From NCBI GenBank assembly GCA_011170375.1, contig DUEV01000013.1, positions 6,662 through 70,661 of the forward strand: a DNA stretch of 64,000 nt, in the 5' to 3' direction. The position numbers were made by a program, and so were the translations under genes. Positions 38,198 through 47,999 of this stretch are shown piece after piece. This DNA comes from Dehalococcoidia bacterium. GTDB taxonomy: Bacteria > Chloroflexota > Dehalococcoidia > Dehalococcoidales > Fen-1064. Under the pieces are notes generated by a model. It did not search any database and was not told the DNA's origin. It worked only from the letters and a program-made list of their open reading frames with translations. The first letter of the stretch is position 1, and every line of letters begins with the position of its first letter.

Positions 38198-39350
38198 CGC
38201 TATCTCCCTGGCTCTCAGCCGACTCTGCTGCGGCAGGCTCCTCCGTAGTGGCGTCACCTTCCGCCGGCGTCTCCTTTGCCTCCTCTACCTCAGCCTTCGG
38301 CGCTGCCTTTCTGGTGCGCCTCTTTACCGCCGGTTTAGCTTCAGCCGGTTTCTCCTCCGCTTCAGCCACAGTCTCGGCCTCAACCTCTACAGCCTCGGCC
38401 TCCACTTCAGTAGTCGTCTCTGCCTTTGCCGGGACCGCCTTTCTGGTACGCCTCTTGGCTGCTGGCTTAGCCTCAGCCGGTTTCTCGTCCGCTTCAGCCA
38501 CAGGCTCGGCCTCAGCCTCTACAACCTCGGCCTCCACTTCAGCAGTCGCCTCTGCCTCAACAGCAGCTTCAACCACCGGTTCCACAGTCTCTACTACAGC
38601 AGGCTCTACTGGAGATGGCTCTTCAGACACAAGGGCAGGTGCTTCAACAACCTCCCCCTCAGCCGACGGGACAGCCACCGTCTCTACATACTCAGCAATG
38701 GCCTCTTCCTCGACCTCCTTAGGTACCGGCAGCACGTCCCCTCTATACAACCAGACCTTGACACCGATCCTGCCCATAGTGGTACGTGCTTCGGCAAATC
38801 CATAGTCAATATCAGCTCTCAGGGTATGCAGGGGTACCTGCCCCCTGTGCATCGTGACACGCCGGGCAATCTCGGCACCATCTAATCTGCCAGCGCAACT
38901 GATTTTTATCCCCTTGGCTCCTGCCTGCATCGACCGAAGAATTGCTTGATTCAGGGTCCTTCGGTAGGCAAGCCGGCGCTCAATCTGGTCAGCCACGTTT
39001 CTCGCCACTAGATAAGCATCAAGCTCCGGCTGCGGAATCTCCCGAATGTTCAGCTGGACCCGCTTCCCGACGAGGTCCTCAAGCTTGGCTCTCAACTCAT
39101 CAACCCGTTGCCCGCCACGACCGATAAGAATGCCGGGACGAGCAGTATGGATAGTCATGGACACATTGTTTGCCTGGCGGTCAATTTCAACAGTGGAGAC
39201 ACCAGCCTCAGGATACATTGATTCCACAACCTCACGAAGCTTGAGGTCTTCCTGCAGGTACTCCATGTAATGCCGGTCGGCATACCACTTGGCATCCCAA
39301 TCGCGTATCACACCAAGCCTGAAACCTGTGGGGTGGACTTTATGTCCCAT
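38184..39350 (-). CDS. rpsC: 30S ribosomal protein S3 with a C-terminal low-complexity extension of about 180 aa
   Basis: [14 protein letters not shown]... The core ends near residue 206. The remainder is E/A/V/K/P-rich and contains a duplicated 44-aa unit. Confidence 0.95.
   Translation of the reverse strand: MGHKVHPTGFRLGVIRDWDAKWYADRHYMEYLQEDLKLREVVESMYPEAGVSTVEIDRQANNVSMTIHTARPGILIGRGGQRVDELRAKLEDLVGKRVQLNIREIPQPELDAYLVARNVADQIERRLAYRRTLNQAILRSMQAGAKGIKISCAGRLDGAEIARRVTMHRGQVPLHTLRADIDYGFAEARTTMGRIGVKVWLYRGDVLPVPKEVEEEAIAEYVETVAVPSAEGEVVEAPALVSEEPSPVEPAVVETVEPVVEAAVEAEATAEVEAEVVEAEAEPVAEADEKPAEAKPAAKRRTRKAVPAKAETTTEVEAEAVEVEAETVAEAEEKPAEAKPAVKRRTRKAAPKAEVEEAKETPAEGDATTEEPAAAESAESQGDSDATT
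38303..38557. repeat. Tandem duplication (2 x 132 bp) inside the rpsC 3' extension
   Basis: CCTTTCTGGT recurs at 38306 and 38438 (period 132 nt, 44 codons). The flanking sequence is about 85-90% identical. Both copies encode EKPAEAKPA[A/V]KRRTRKA. Confidence 0.8.
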
Positions 39351-39356
39351 TAAGAC

Positions 39357-39695
39357 TTAAGCCTCCTGCTCTCCAACGATAACCGTAATATGACTGGACC
39401 TCTTCAAAATATGTTTGACCCGCCTACGGGCACCAGCACGATACCTTTTCAGAGTTAGCGCATCATCCGCAAAGATACCGACAATCCTGAGTTCCGCAGA
39501 CGGTATCTGGTAGACATTCTCAGCATCTGCCGTAGCGGCCTTCACCACCTTGGCCACAATCCGGGCACTCGGGGAGGGAGCGAACTTCAGCAACGTGAGT
39601 GCTTCATCCACCGATTTTCCTCTTACCATATCTACCAGGCGCCGCATCTTGTGAGCCGGCACGCCCGTATTCTTGGCAACCGACTTTACTTCCAC
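39357..39695 (-). CDS. rplV: 50S ribosomal protein L22
   Basis: Sits in the canonical L22 slot of the cluster, between rpsS and rpsC. 112 aa beginning MEVKSVAKNTGVPAHKMRRLVDMVRGKSV. Confidence 0.96.
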   Translation of the reverse strand: MEVKSVAKNTGVPAHKMRRLVDMVRGKSVDEALTLLKFAPSPSARIVAKVVKAATADAENVYQIPSAELRIVGIFADDALTLKRYRAGARRRVKHILKRSSHITVIVGEQEA

Positions 39696-39712
39696 CTTAT
39701 TTCCTGCCTAGC

Positions 39713-40003
39713 CTACCTTCTCCGTCTCTGAACAGTTGTCTCTGCCTTGGCAGAATGTCCACGGAAGGTCCGGGTCTGAGCGAACTCACCCAGCTTGTGA
39801 CCCACCATGTTCTCTGTAATGAAGATAGGAACATGTCTCCGCCCATCATGCACCCCGATGGTAAGTCCCACCATCTCTGGCAGGATGGTGCACCAGCGAG
39901 ACCATGTCCGTATCACCGTTTTCTCACCAGAGAGATTGACTGCCTCCACCTTCTTCAGAAGCTTGGCATCGACAGCTGGTCCTTTTTTAGTTGATCTTGA
40001 CAA
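39713..40003 (-). CDS. rpsS: 30S ribosomal protein S19
   Basis: (M)[11 protein letters not shown]... starts at TTG 40001-40003, 9 nt after GGAGGA and just after the rplB stop. The track ATG at 40030 would overlap rplB by 26 nt. Confidence 0.9.
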   Translation of the reverse strand: MSRSTKKGPAVDAKLLKKVEAVNLSGEKTVIRTWSRWCTILPEMVGLTIGVHDGRRHVPIFITENMVGHKLGEFAQTRTFRGHSAKAETTVQRRRR

Positions 40004-40004
40004 T

Positions 40005-40835
40005 TTACTTCGTCCTCCGGCGTCTGACAATCAGACTGTCCGTAGCCCTGTTCTTTCTTGTTTTATAGCCCAGGGCCGGCTTACCCCATGGCGTTTTAGG
40101 CCCCGGCAAGCCCACCGGACTCCTTCCTTCGCCACCACCATGAGGGTGGTCTCGGGGGGTCATTGCCGAGCCCCTTACCGTTGGTCGCCAGCCAAGCCAT
40201 CGCTTCCGGCCGGCCTTGCCCAGCTTAATTCCCTGATGTTCAACATTACCCACCTGGCCTATAGTAGCCATACATTCGCTGCGAATCAAGCGTACCTCAC
40301 CAGAGGGCAACCGCACGTGAGCATAATCACCTTCCTTGGCAAGTAACTGGGCAGATGCCCCAGCACCACGCACCAGTTGACCTCCTTTGCCCGCTTTTAA
40401 CTCAATGTTATGTATCGAGGTTCCGGTTGGGATTGACTTCAAGGGCAGGGAATTCCCCGGTCTTATCTCAGCCTCAGGACCGGCCTTCACCATATCATTA
40501 ACACTCAAGCCGACCGGAGCCAGAATATAACGCTTGTCTCCATCCAAATAGTGGATGAGGGCAATCCTCGCCGAACGATTTGGGTCATACTCAATCGTCG
40601 CTACCCGACCGGGAACACCGACTTTATCCCGCTTGAAATCAATGATACGTAGCTGACGCTTGGCACCACCACCCCGGTGACGCACCGTTATTCGCCCCTG
40701 GTTATTACGCCCCGCTCTCTTCTTCAAAGGCCGCAGTAACGACTTCTCCGGCTTCGATTTGGTTATCTCTTCGAAGCTGGAGCCAGACATGGCCCGTCTA
40801 CCGGGCGAGGTTGGACGATATGTCTTTAGTGCCAC
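40005..40835 (-). CDS. rplB: 50S ribosomal protein L2
   Basis: [13 protein letters not shown]...[10 protein letters not shown]. Confidence 0.97.
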   Translation of the reverse strand: MALKTYRPTSPGRRAMSGSSFEEITKSKPEKSLLRPLKKRAGRNNQGRITVRHRGGGAKRQLRIIDFKRDKVGVPGRVATIEYDPNRSARIALIHYLDGDKRYILAPVGLSVNDMVKAGPEAEIRPGNSLPLKSIPTGTSIHNIELKAGKGGQLVRGAGASAQLLAKEGDYAHVRLPSGEVRLIRSECMATIGQVGNVEHQGIKLGKAGRKRWLGWRPTVRGSAMTPRDHPHGGGEGRSPVGLPGPKTPWGKPALGYKTRKNRATDSLIVRRRRTK

Positions 40836-40850
40836 ACGGCCCCCTTATAC

Positions 40851-41135
40851 CTACACATTCTCAAATAGCTCTATCCGGTTACCCGGCTCGAGCGTAACAA
40901 TCGCCTTCTTCCAGGATGGTGTCCTCACATGACGCCTCCCGACTCTGCGTTCTTTGCCGGGCATTGTCATCACGTTAACCCCGGTAACCTTCACCTTAAA
41001 GGCTGTTTCCACAGCCTGCCTAATCTGCGGTTTGGTAGCCCCACCGGCTACCTCAAAGGCATACTTGCCTTCCATCTGCAGTACTGCGTTCTTCTCCGTC
41101 ACCAGAGGACGGCGCAATACCTCATAAAGATGCAT
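40851..41135 (-). CDS. rplW: 50S ribosomal protein L23
   Basis: LRRPLVTEKN...KYAFEV. Confidence 0.96.
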   Translation of the reverse strand: MHLYEVLRRPLVTEKNAVLQMEGKYAFEVAGGATKPQIRQAVETAFKVKVTGVNVMTMPGKERRVGRRHVRTPSWKKAIVTLEPGNRIELFENV

Positions 41136-41779
41136 TACTCACCCTCCTCAGGTGATTTCTCTCCCCAGAGCTGCTCGGCGCGGCGTACTGCCGCCACCTC
41201 CATCAGCAACGTCTTACTGGAGAGGACATCAACCACGTTAAGGACATCGGCCGGCCGGGTCTGAATTCCCGGCAGGTTACGGGCTGATTTTACCACATTG
41301 GCCTTCGCTTCCGAGGTGACGACGAGGGCAGTGGAGTTTACGTTGAGCGCCCTCAGAACCTGGGCCATCTCCTTGCTCTTTGGTTCATCCAGTGTCAGTG
41401 ATTCCAGAACTGTCAGCTCTCCGTCTCTGGCCTTGGCAGAGAGGGCACACCTCAGCGCGAGCCGCCGCATCTTTTTCGGCATCGCCTGCCGGTAGCTCCT
41501 CGGCTTGGGACCAAAGGTGATACCTCCACCACGTCGCAAAGGCGACTTAACACTGCCTGCCCGGGCATAACCCGTTCCCTTCTGCCGGTACAGCTTCCGC
41601 GTACTGCCGACAACCTCACCACGAGTCTTGGCGCTGGCCGTGCCCTGACGGGCATTAGCCCGTTGCCGGACTACTGCCTGATGCACCACCGCTTCGTTGA
41701 ATGGTACGTCAAAGACATGGTCGCTGATTTCTATATTATCAACGACTTCTCCAGTCAACCCATATACCGGGACCTGCAC
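41135..41779 (-). CDS. rplD: 50S ribosomal protein L4
   Basis: RQKGTGYARAGSVKSPLRRGGGITFGPKPR. Confidence 0.97.
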   Translation of the reverse strand: MQVPVYGLTGEVVDNIEISDHVFDVPFNEAVVHQAVVRQRANARQGTASAKTRGEVVGSTRKLYRQKGTGYARAGSVKSPLRRGGGITFGPKPRSYRQAMPKKMRRLALRCALSAKARDGELTVLESLTLDEPKSKEMAQVLRALNVNSTALVVTSEAKANVVKSARNLPGIQTRPADVLNVVDVLSSKTLLMEVAAVRRAEQLWGEKSPEEGE

Positions 41780-41783
41780 CTAT

Positions 41784-42407
41784 CTACTTCCCCTCGCGCG
41801 ATTTTCTTATCAGCAGTAACCCATTCTTGCTCCCGGGCACTGCACCTTTAACCAGTAACAGGTTACGCTCCGGATCCGCCTGGAATACCTCCAGATTGCG
41901 CACCGTCACCTGGTCGGCACCCATACGGCCAGCCATCCGCGTACCCTTCAATACCCGCCCCGGCGTCGTTGTTGCCCCAATCGAACCCGGGGCACGGTGC
42001 CGGTCGGACTGTCCGTGTGTTTTTGGTCCGCCACGGAAATGGTGCCGTTTCACCACTCCGGCAAAGCCCTTACTCTTAGATATCCCAGTAACATCAACCA
42101 GGTCACCCGCCTGGAACAGGCTAACGTCAACCTTGTCACCCACCTGAAGGGTCTCATCATCATCCACCCTGAACTCACGGAGATACCGGTACTGCCCCAG
42201 TTCCTTAAGATGTCCCTTCTGCGGTGAGTTAACTCGCTTTGCCTCGCCGAATCCAAGCTGGACGGAGCTGTATCCGTCCTTGTCCTCTGTCTTGACCTGA
42301 ACCACACAGCACGGCCCCGCCTCGACAGCAGTCACTGCCTCGACTTTGCCGTCCTCACGGAATACCTGGCTCATGCCTAACTTCCTACCGATGATGCCTG
42401 AAAACAT
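41784..42407 (-). CDS. rplC: 50S ribosomal protein L3
   Basis: IIGRKLGMSQVF...GKSKGFAGVVKRHHF. Confidence 0.97.
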   Translation of the reverse strand: MFSGIIGRKLGMSQVFREDGKVEAVTAVEAGPCCVVQVKTEDKDGYSSVQLGFGEAKRVNSPQKGHLKELGQYRYLREFRVDDDETLQVGDKVDVSLFQAGDLVDVTGISKSKGFAGVVKRHHFRGGPKTHGQSDRHRAPGSIGATTTPGRVLKGTRMAGRMGADQVTVRNLEVFQADPERNLLLVKGAVPGSKNGLLLIRKSREGK

Positions 42408-42435
42408 CTCTCACCCGGTCAAAGACCAACTTGCG

Positions 42436-42744
42436 CTACAGCTTAATATCAAGTTCCACCCCGGACGGTAGATTCAGCTTGGTCAGAGAATCTATCGTCT
42501 TCGAGGTAGTCTCGACGATATCAATCAGGCGTTTATGCGTTCTGATTTCAAACTGCTCCTGGGAGTCCTTATCGATAAAGGGGGAGCGGATGACACTGAA
42601 CTTTTTAATGTGAGTCGGCAGTGGTATCGGCCCGACAACCACAGCGCCCGTTTGCTCCACCGTCTCGACAATCTGCTGAGCAGACTGGTCAACCAGCTTA
42701 TGGTCAAAACCCTTGAGCTTGATACGAATCTTTTGCTTAGGCAT
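42436..42744 (-). CDS. rpsJ: 30S ribosomal protein S10
   Basis: [15 protein letters not shown]. The start overlaps the fusA stop by 8 nt. Confidence 0.97.
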   Translation of the reverse strand: MPKQKIRIKLKGFDHKLVDQSAQQIVETVEQTGAVVVGPIPLPTHIKKFSVIRSPFIDKDSQEQFEIRTHKRLIDIVETTSKTIDSLTKLNLPSGVELDIKL

Positions 42745-44824
42745 ACTTCACAAATCCTGCTGTATCCTTAATCTGTTCCACCATCTCACCCGGCAGCTCC
42801 TGGTAGCTGTGAAACTCCAGGGAATGGGTAGCCCTACCCTGTGTCTGCGACCGCAGACTGGTGGCATAACCGAAGGTCTCCACCAGAGGCAGAAGTGATT
42901 GGACGATACACGTTTCGCTGTGGGTCTCAATCAACTCTATCTTTCCCCTCTTAGCACTCAAATCGCCAATTATATCACCAAGAAACTCCTTGGGCGTGAC
43001 CACCTCAAGCTTCATTATCGGCTCAAGCAGGACAGGTTTCGCCTTGCGGACACCGTTTTTAAGAGCCATTGAACCGGCTATCCTGAAGGCAAGCTCTGAA
43101 GAATCAACTTCGTGGTAGCTGCCATCAACCAGTGCTATCCTGACATCAATCATCGGGTAGCCAGCAACCACTCCAGTCTCCAGGGCCTCTTTGATGCCGG
43201 CCTCAACCGCCGGAACAAATTGCTTAGGAATGGCCACTCCGCGGATTCGGTTGGTGAATGCAAAACCACCGCCGCGCTCCATCGGTTCCAGCTCGATGAT
43301 GACATGGCCATACTGCCCATGCCCCCCTGTCTGCCGGACAAACCTGCCCTCACCCTGTGCTGGAAGAGTAATTGTTTCCTTGTAAGCAACCCTCGGCCTG
43401 CCCACCTTCACCGCCAACCCGAACTCGGCCAGCAGCCTGTGTACAATCACCTCAAGGTGAAGCTCACCCATACCGGCAACGACTGTTTGCCCTGTTTCCT
43501 CGTTGAAGTTGACTTTAAAAGTAGGGTCCTCCTCGGTCAGCTTACGGAGGGACTCTCCCATCCTGTCCTGGTCAGCCCTGGTCCTCGGTTCGATTGCCAC
43601 CGAAAGTACCGGCTCGGGAAAACGAATCGACTCCAGAAGCACCGGCTGGTTCGACTGGCACAGGGTATCACCGGTGAAGGTGTTCTTGAGGCCCACTGTA
43701 GCCACGATGGCGCCGGTATCAGCAACATCAATCTCTTCACGCCGATTGGCATGCATCAGGAGCAATCGGCCAATGCGCTCGCTTTGACTGCGAGTTGAAT
43801 TATAAATCTGGGCCCCGGCCTTTACCCTGCCAGAGTATACCCGGAAATAGACAAGCCTGCCCATGTAGGGGTCAGTAACAACCTTGAAGGCCAATGCCGA
43901 AAACGGGGCCTCATCCGTAGCGGGACGGGTAACCTGAATACCCATCTTGGTATCAGTCGCCTGCACCGGGGGCATATCAACAGGGGATGGCAAATAGTCC
44001 ACAATCGCATCCAGCAGCTTGCGGATACCCATATTCCTCAGGGCACTACCACAAAGGACCGGTACCACTTTATCCGCCAGGGTGGCCTGCCTTACGGCCT
44101 GCCTCAGGTCCGAGGCCATGATTTCACCACCATCAAGGTAAGCCATCAAGATATGGTCATCAATCTCAGCCAGCCTCTCTATCATCGCCCGACGGTATTC
44201 GGCACATCGTGCCTGCTCTGATTCAGGAATAGCTATCTCTTGTGGCAGCGCCTTCGGGTCATCGTCGAAGGCCCAGGCTTTGTTCTCGATGAGGTCAATA
44301 ATGCCCCCAAATGCCTCCCCCGAATTAATGGGCAGTTGCACCGGCAGGGGTCTGGCTCCAAGCCGGCTCTTTATCATAGAGACGGTCCGATAAAAATCGG
44401 CACCAATCCGCTCCATCTTGTTAACAAAGCAAATTCTGGGTACCCGGTACCTATCGGCCTGCCGCCATACTGTTTCTGACTGCGCCTCGACACCGGCAAC
44501 GCCATCAAAGAGCACCACCCCGCCGTCCAGCACCCTGAGAGAACGCTCGACCTCGGCGGTGAAGTCCACATGCCCCGGCGTATCGATAATGTTGATGCGG
44601 TGGTCCCGCCAGTAGCATGTTATCGCTGCCGCCGTAATGGTAATACCGCGCTCCCTTTCCTGCTCCATCCAGTCCATTACAGCCGTGCCGTCATCCACCT
44701 CGCCGATTTTATAGGTCAGCCCGGTGTAATAGAGGATACGCTCAGTGGCGGTGGTCTTCCCAGCGTCAATATGAGCGATAATCCCTATGTTCCGTATTCG
44801 CTCTAGCGAAAAACTCCTGGGCAT
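42737..44824 (-). CDS. fusA: Elongation factor G
   Basis: [17 protein letters not shown]... 695 aa from ATG 44822-44824. The longer track ORF runs into rpsG. Confidence 0.96.
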   Translation of the reverse strand: MPRSFSLERIRNIGIIAHIDAGKTTATERILYYTGLTYKIGEVDDGTAVMDWMEQERERGITITAAAITCYWRDHRINIIDTPGHVDFTAEVERSLRVLDGGVVLFDGVAGVEAQSETVWRQADRYRVPRICFVNKMERIGADFYRTVSMIKSRLGARPLPVQLPINSGEAFGGIIDLIENKAWAFDDDPKALPQEIAIPESEQARCAEYRRAMIERLAEIDDHILMAYLDGGEIMASDLRQAVRQATLADKVVPVLCGSALRNMGIRKLLDAIVDYLPSPVDMPPVQATDTKMGIQVTRPATDEAPFSALAFKVVTDPYMGRLVYFRVYSGRVKAGAQIYNSTRSQSERIGRLLLMHANRREEIDVADTGAIVATVGLKNTFTGDTLCQSNQPVLLESIRFPEPVLSVAIEPRTRADQDRMGESLRKLTEEDPTFKVNFNEETGQTVVAGMGELHLEVIVHRLLAEFGLAVKVGRPRVAYKETITLPAQGEGRFVRQTGGHGQYGHVIIELEPMERGGGFAFTNRIRGVAIPKQFVPAVEAGIKEALETGVVAGYPMIDVRIALVDGSYHEVDSSELAFRIAGSMALKNGVRKAKPVLLEPIMKLEVVTPKEFLGDIIGDLSAKRGKIELIETHSETCIVQSLLPLVETFGYATSLRSQTQGRATHSLEFHSYQELPGEMVEQIKDTAGFVKYA

Positions 44825-44873
44825 AGTACCCCTTATCATAGTGCTTGAGTTGCGACTAATCGTGGACCACCTC

Positions 44874-45347
44874 TCACCATCGATAGTGGGCAAAGGCCCT
44901 GTTGGCTTCAGCCATACGATGGGTATCGTCACGCTTTTTTACCGTGACCCCCTGCCCTTTTGAGGCGTCACTGAGTTCTGCGGCCAGTTTCTCTGCCATC
45001 GACTTCCCACTCCGCGCCCTGGCCGATTCCACCAGCCAGCGCAAGGCCAGTGACAGACCCACTGTCTGGCTGACCTCCACCGGCACCTGGTAGGTTGCGC
45101 CGCCAACGCGACGCGACTTAACCTTGAGCTGAGGGGTAACGTTCTTTATTGCCAGCTCCGTGTCCGTAAGCGGTGACTTGGAGCCATGCTGTTCCATGAT
45201 GTCCAGAGCTCCGTAAACAATCCGCTCGGCTGTGCTCTTTTTCCCGTGAAGCATAACCTTATTTATCAGCTTGGCCAAGACCATGCTCTGATACTTGGCA
45301 TCAGGCCGAACCTGCGGTCTTTTTATCACTCGAGCCCGCCTAGACAT
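44874..45347 (-). CDS. rpsG: 30S ribosomal protein S7
   Basis: [21 protein letters not shown]... Confidence 0.97.
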   Translation of the reverse strand: MSRRARVIKRPQVRPDAKYQSMVLAKLINKVMLHGKKSTAERIVYGALDIMEQHGSKSPLTDTELAIKNVTPQLKVKSRRVGGATYQVPVEVSQTVGLSLALRWLVESARARSGKSMAEKLAAELSDASKGQGVTVKKRDDTHRMAEANRAFAHYRW

Positions 45348-45355
45348 CGTCTCTC

Positions 45356-45787
45356 CTATTCAATCTCAACCGCAGCCCTGGGACGCTTGGCACCGTATTT
45401 ACTGCGCCCCTTGCGGCGACCCACAACACCGTCGGAATCCAGTGCCCCCCGCACAATATGGTAGCGGACACCGGGCAGGTCTTTGACCCGCCCCCCGCGG
45501 ACTAACACTGCCGAGTGCTCCTGTAACTCATGCCCCTCCCCCGGGATATAGGCGGTTACCTCCATCCCGTTGGTCAACCGCACCCTGGCTATCTTACGCA
45601 ATGCCGAATTCGGCTTCCTCGGGGTGGTGGTCTTCACCTGGACACAGACCCCCCGCTTCTGTGGAGAGCCACCCCCCCACCACATCCGGTTCTTCAGGGC
45701 ATTATAGCCATAGTGCAGGGCCGGAGTCTTCGACTTCCCCCTGCTCGACCGGCGTCCTTTACGCACAAGCTGACTTATAGTTGGCAA
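45356..45787 (-). CDS. rpsL: 30S ribosomal protein S12
   Basis: (M)[11 protein letters not shown]...[17 protein letters not shown] start. Confidence 0.97.
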   Translation of the reverse strand: MPTISQLVRKGRRSSRGKSKTPALHYGYNALKNRMWWGGGSPQKRGVCVQVKTTTPRKPNSALRKIARVRLTNGMEVTAYIPGEGHELQEHSAVLVRGGRVKDLPGVRYHIVRGALDSDGVVGRRKGRSKYGAKRPRAAVEIE

Positions 45788-45915
45788 TTCTCTTTTTATT
45801 CCTCCACAATTTAATGGATGAGCCTTAGCCCATCCATACTGGAATAAACTATAGCAGATGAAGACCTAATCTTCAACCTGCTTAGCCTCAACTGGATAAG
45901 AAAGCCAAACATAAA

Positions 45916-45945
45916 ATAGTACCATTTTATTTAATTCTATGTCAA
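45916..45945 (-). promoter_or_regulatory. Candidate str-operon promoter
   Basis: On the minus strand: TTGACA (45945-45940), 18-nt spacer, TACTAT (45921-45916). Gives a leader of about 125 nt before rpsL. Confidence 0.5.
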
Positions 45946-46076
45946 CTATTTTTGAGCGCAGGGAATATGCGGGAAATTAGCACACTACGACTATCATGAT
46001 AAACGCCATACATATACCTTCAGGAATAAGGATAACAGGGCTATTATTGAAGGCCGAGCCTATCTAATTCCGGGTA

Positions 46077-46105
46077 TTGACAGCCTATGGTCCAAGTGCT
46101 ATCGT
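46077..46105 (+). promoter_or_regulatory. Candidate promoter of the LRR gene
   Basis: TTGACA (46077-46082), 17-nt spacer, TATCGT (46100-46105). Confidence 0.4.
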
Positions 46106-46128
46106 TTGCGTACTACAGACGTATAGCA

Positions 46129-47424
46129 ATGGTCATCAACAGACGATACACAATGCGGCTGGTAAATATTACTTTAATAACAGTACTCCTTTCCCTAGTA
46201 AGCAGTGTGCCCCTGGCTTGCGGCCCTGAAGTGGTCAATTTCCCCGACACAAATCTCGAAGCAGTCATCAGGGAGGCTATTAACAAGCCCGAGGGTGCCA
46301 TCCTTACTTCAGACCTCGAAGGACTAACAGAAATCGAAGCTGAGCACAGAGAAATCACCGACCTTACTGGTCTGGAATATTGTGATAACCTTATGGTGCT
46401 TTGGCTTAATGGCAACCAGATAAGTGATGTCTCACCACTGGTTTCACTAACTGACCTGACCTGGCTGAACTTGAATGGTAACCAGGTAAGTGACATCTCT
46501 CCCCTGCTCTCGCTGGCCGAACTAAAGACGCTGTATCTTATGGATAATCCCTTAAGCAGCACCTCGTTAGAGGTCTATGTCCCCCAGCTTGAAGAGAGAG
46601 GCGTACTCGTTGTGTGTGCTCCCAGAGAGGTGCAAATCCCCGACCCTGAGCTTGAGGCAGCTATCAGGGATGAACTAGACAAGCCCGAAGGAGTCTTGCT
46701 CTCTACAGACCTTGAAGGGATTATTGGGCTTGAGATTAACTATTATGACCCATATAGTGATATTACCAACCTTACAGGATTAGAGTATTGTGTTAACCTA
46801 ACAGGGCTATGGCTCGAGACTGCCCAGGTGAGCGACCTCTCACCTCTGGCTTCAATAAACAACCTTGAAACACTGGTGCTCGGTTATAACCAGATAAGCG
46901 ACCTCTCACCTCTGGCTTCACTGCCTAATCTCACATCTCTACAACTCTATGACAATCAGATAAACCACCTCTCGCCTCTAGCTTCCCTGACTAATCTGAA
47001 CTGGCTAGGCCTGAATGATAATCAGATAAGCGACGTCTCACCTTTATCCCGCTTAACCAATATCACCACCCTCATGCTTATGGGTAACCAAATAACTGAT
47101 ATTTCACCTCTGGCTTCGTTGACTAACCTTGATCGCCTATTCCTTGGGGAGAACCAGATAACCGACATCTCACCTCTGTCCTCGTTGACTAACCTCCACA
47201 GCCTATATCTTGGGGGGAATGAGATAACGGATGTTTCGCCGCTGACTTCCCTGACTAACCTCGACCATCTCAACCTTGGTAACAACCAGATCAGTGATAT
47301 CTCACCTCTGGTTTCACTGATGGACCTTAGAATTCTTTATCTTCATGACAATCCATTGAGTCAAGAATCAATCGAAATCTACATACCTCAGCTTAGAGAA
47401 AGAGGGGTGTCAGTTGGCTGGTAA
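46129..47424 (+). CDS. Secreted/anchored leucine-rich-repeat protein (internalin-like 22-aa LRRs)
   Basis: N-terminal hydrophobic signal ending VPLAC. Two blocks of repeats of the form LTNLxxLxLxxNQIxDxSPL. Start uncertain (46087, 46129 or 46153); the first lies upstream of the predicted transcription start. Confidence 0.75.
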   Translation: MVINRRYTMRLVNITLITVLLSLVSSVPLACGPEVVNFPDTNLEAVIREAINKPEGAILTSDLEGLTEIEAEHREITDLTGLEYCDNLMVLWLNGNQISDVSPLVSLTDLTWLNLNGNQVSDISPLLSLAELKTLYLMDNPLSSTSLEVYVPQLEERGVLVVCAPREVQIPDPELEAAIRDELDKPEGVLLSTDLEGIIGLEINYYDPYSDITNLTGLEYCVNLTGLWLETAQVSDLSPLASINNLETLVLGYNQISDLSPLASLPNLTSLQLYDNQINHLSPLASLTNLNWLGLNDNQISDVSPLSRLTNITTLMLMGNQITDISPLASLTNLDRLFLGENQITDISPLSSLTNLHSLYLGGNEITDVSPLTSLTNLDHLNLGNNQISDISPLVSLMDLRILYLHDNPLSQESIEIYIPQLRERGVSVGW

Positions 47425-47459
47425 TAACACCCCCTGCCCCTGTGATATAATAAGGCAGC

Positions 47460-47990
47460 ATGAAAAGGACTAGCTCTTCCCGGCAGGCTGATTATAAGCC
47501 GGTTAACGTCTATCTCGGTCTCGGCTCAAACCTTGGTGACCGGCAGCACAACCTGAACATGGCGTTGGAACTGCTAGCGCAGCGGGTGAAGGTGGTCAAG
47601 GTCTCCTCTACCTATGATACCGAGCCAGTGGGCAATCCGGACCAGCCCCGCTTCCTTAACCTGGTAGCCCGGATTCAGACCAGGCTGGCGCCGCTGGAGC
47701 TATTGACCCTGACCCAGGGGATTGAGCTGATGCTGGGCCGGATACGGGACAAGCCCAACGCCCCCCGCTCGCTCGATATCGATATCCTGTTTTACGGTGA
47801 CCAGGTAATCAAGAACCGTAAGTTAACGATACCCCACCCCAGAATCGAAGAAAGGGCCTTCGTCCTCGTCCCCCTCGCCGAGATAGCCCCGAAGCTGATA
47901 CATCCGGTCAGCGGCAAGTCTGCCGAAAAGCTGCTGGCGGCACTAAAACAGGGTGTGCAGGGCGTCTTCAAGCTATCGAATGGTGGATAG
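47460..47990 (+). CDS. folK: 2-amino-4-hydroxy-6-hydroxymethyldihydropteridine diphosphokinase
   Basis: VYLGLGSNLGDR...YDTEPVGNPDQPRFLN...PRSLDIDIL HPPK motifs. Confidence 0.9.
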   Translation: MKRTSSSRQADYKPVNVYLGLGSNLGDRQHNLNMALELLAQRVKVVKVSSTYDTEPVGNPDQPRFLNLVARIQTRLAPLELLTLTQGIELMLGRIRDKPNAPRSLDIDILFYGDQVIKNRKLTIPHPRIEERAFVLVPLAEIAPKLIHPVSGKSAEKLLAALKQGVQGVFKLSNGG

Positions 47991-47999
47991 GCTGGCAAA

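Noticed and set aside
38248-38805. 185-aa plus-strand Ala/Ser/Thr-rich ORF
   Set aside because: It is the antisense of the low-complexity S3 tail. Its composition mirrors the GAG/GCC-rich repeats. The same applies to other antisense ORFs inside confidently assigned genes: 5782-6465, 9042-10025, 12999-13622, 13774-14367, 17468-18160, 22789-23361, 27375-27782, 43112-43798, 54237-54788 and 62898-63323.
44825-44932. Upstream extension of fusA, and likewise of rplP (38198-38257), rpsS (40004-40030) and the Trm112 gene (48561-48578)
   Set aside because: These extensions overlap the preceding gene. The conserved family N-termini, each with an RBS, start at the internal codons given in the feature table.
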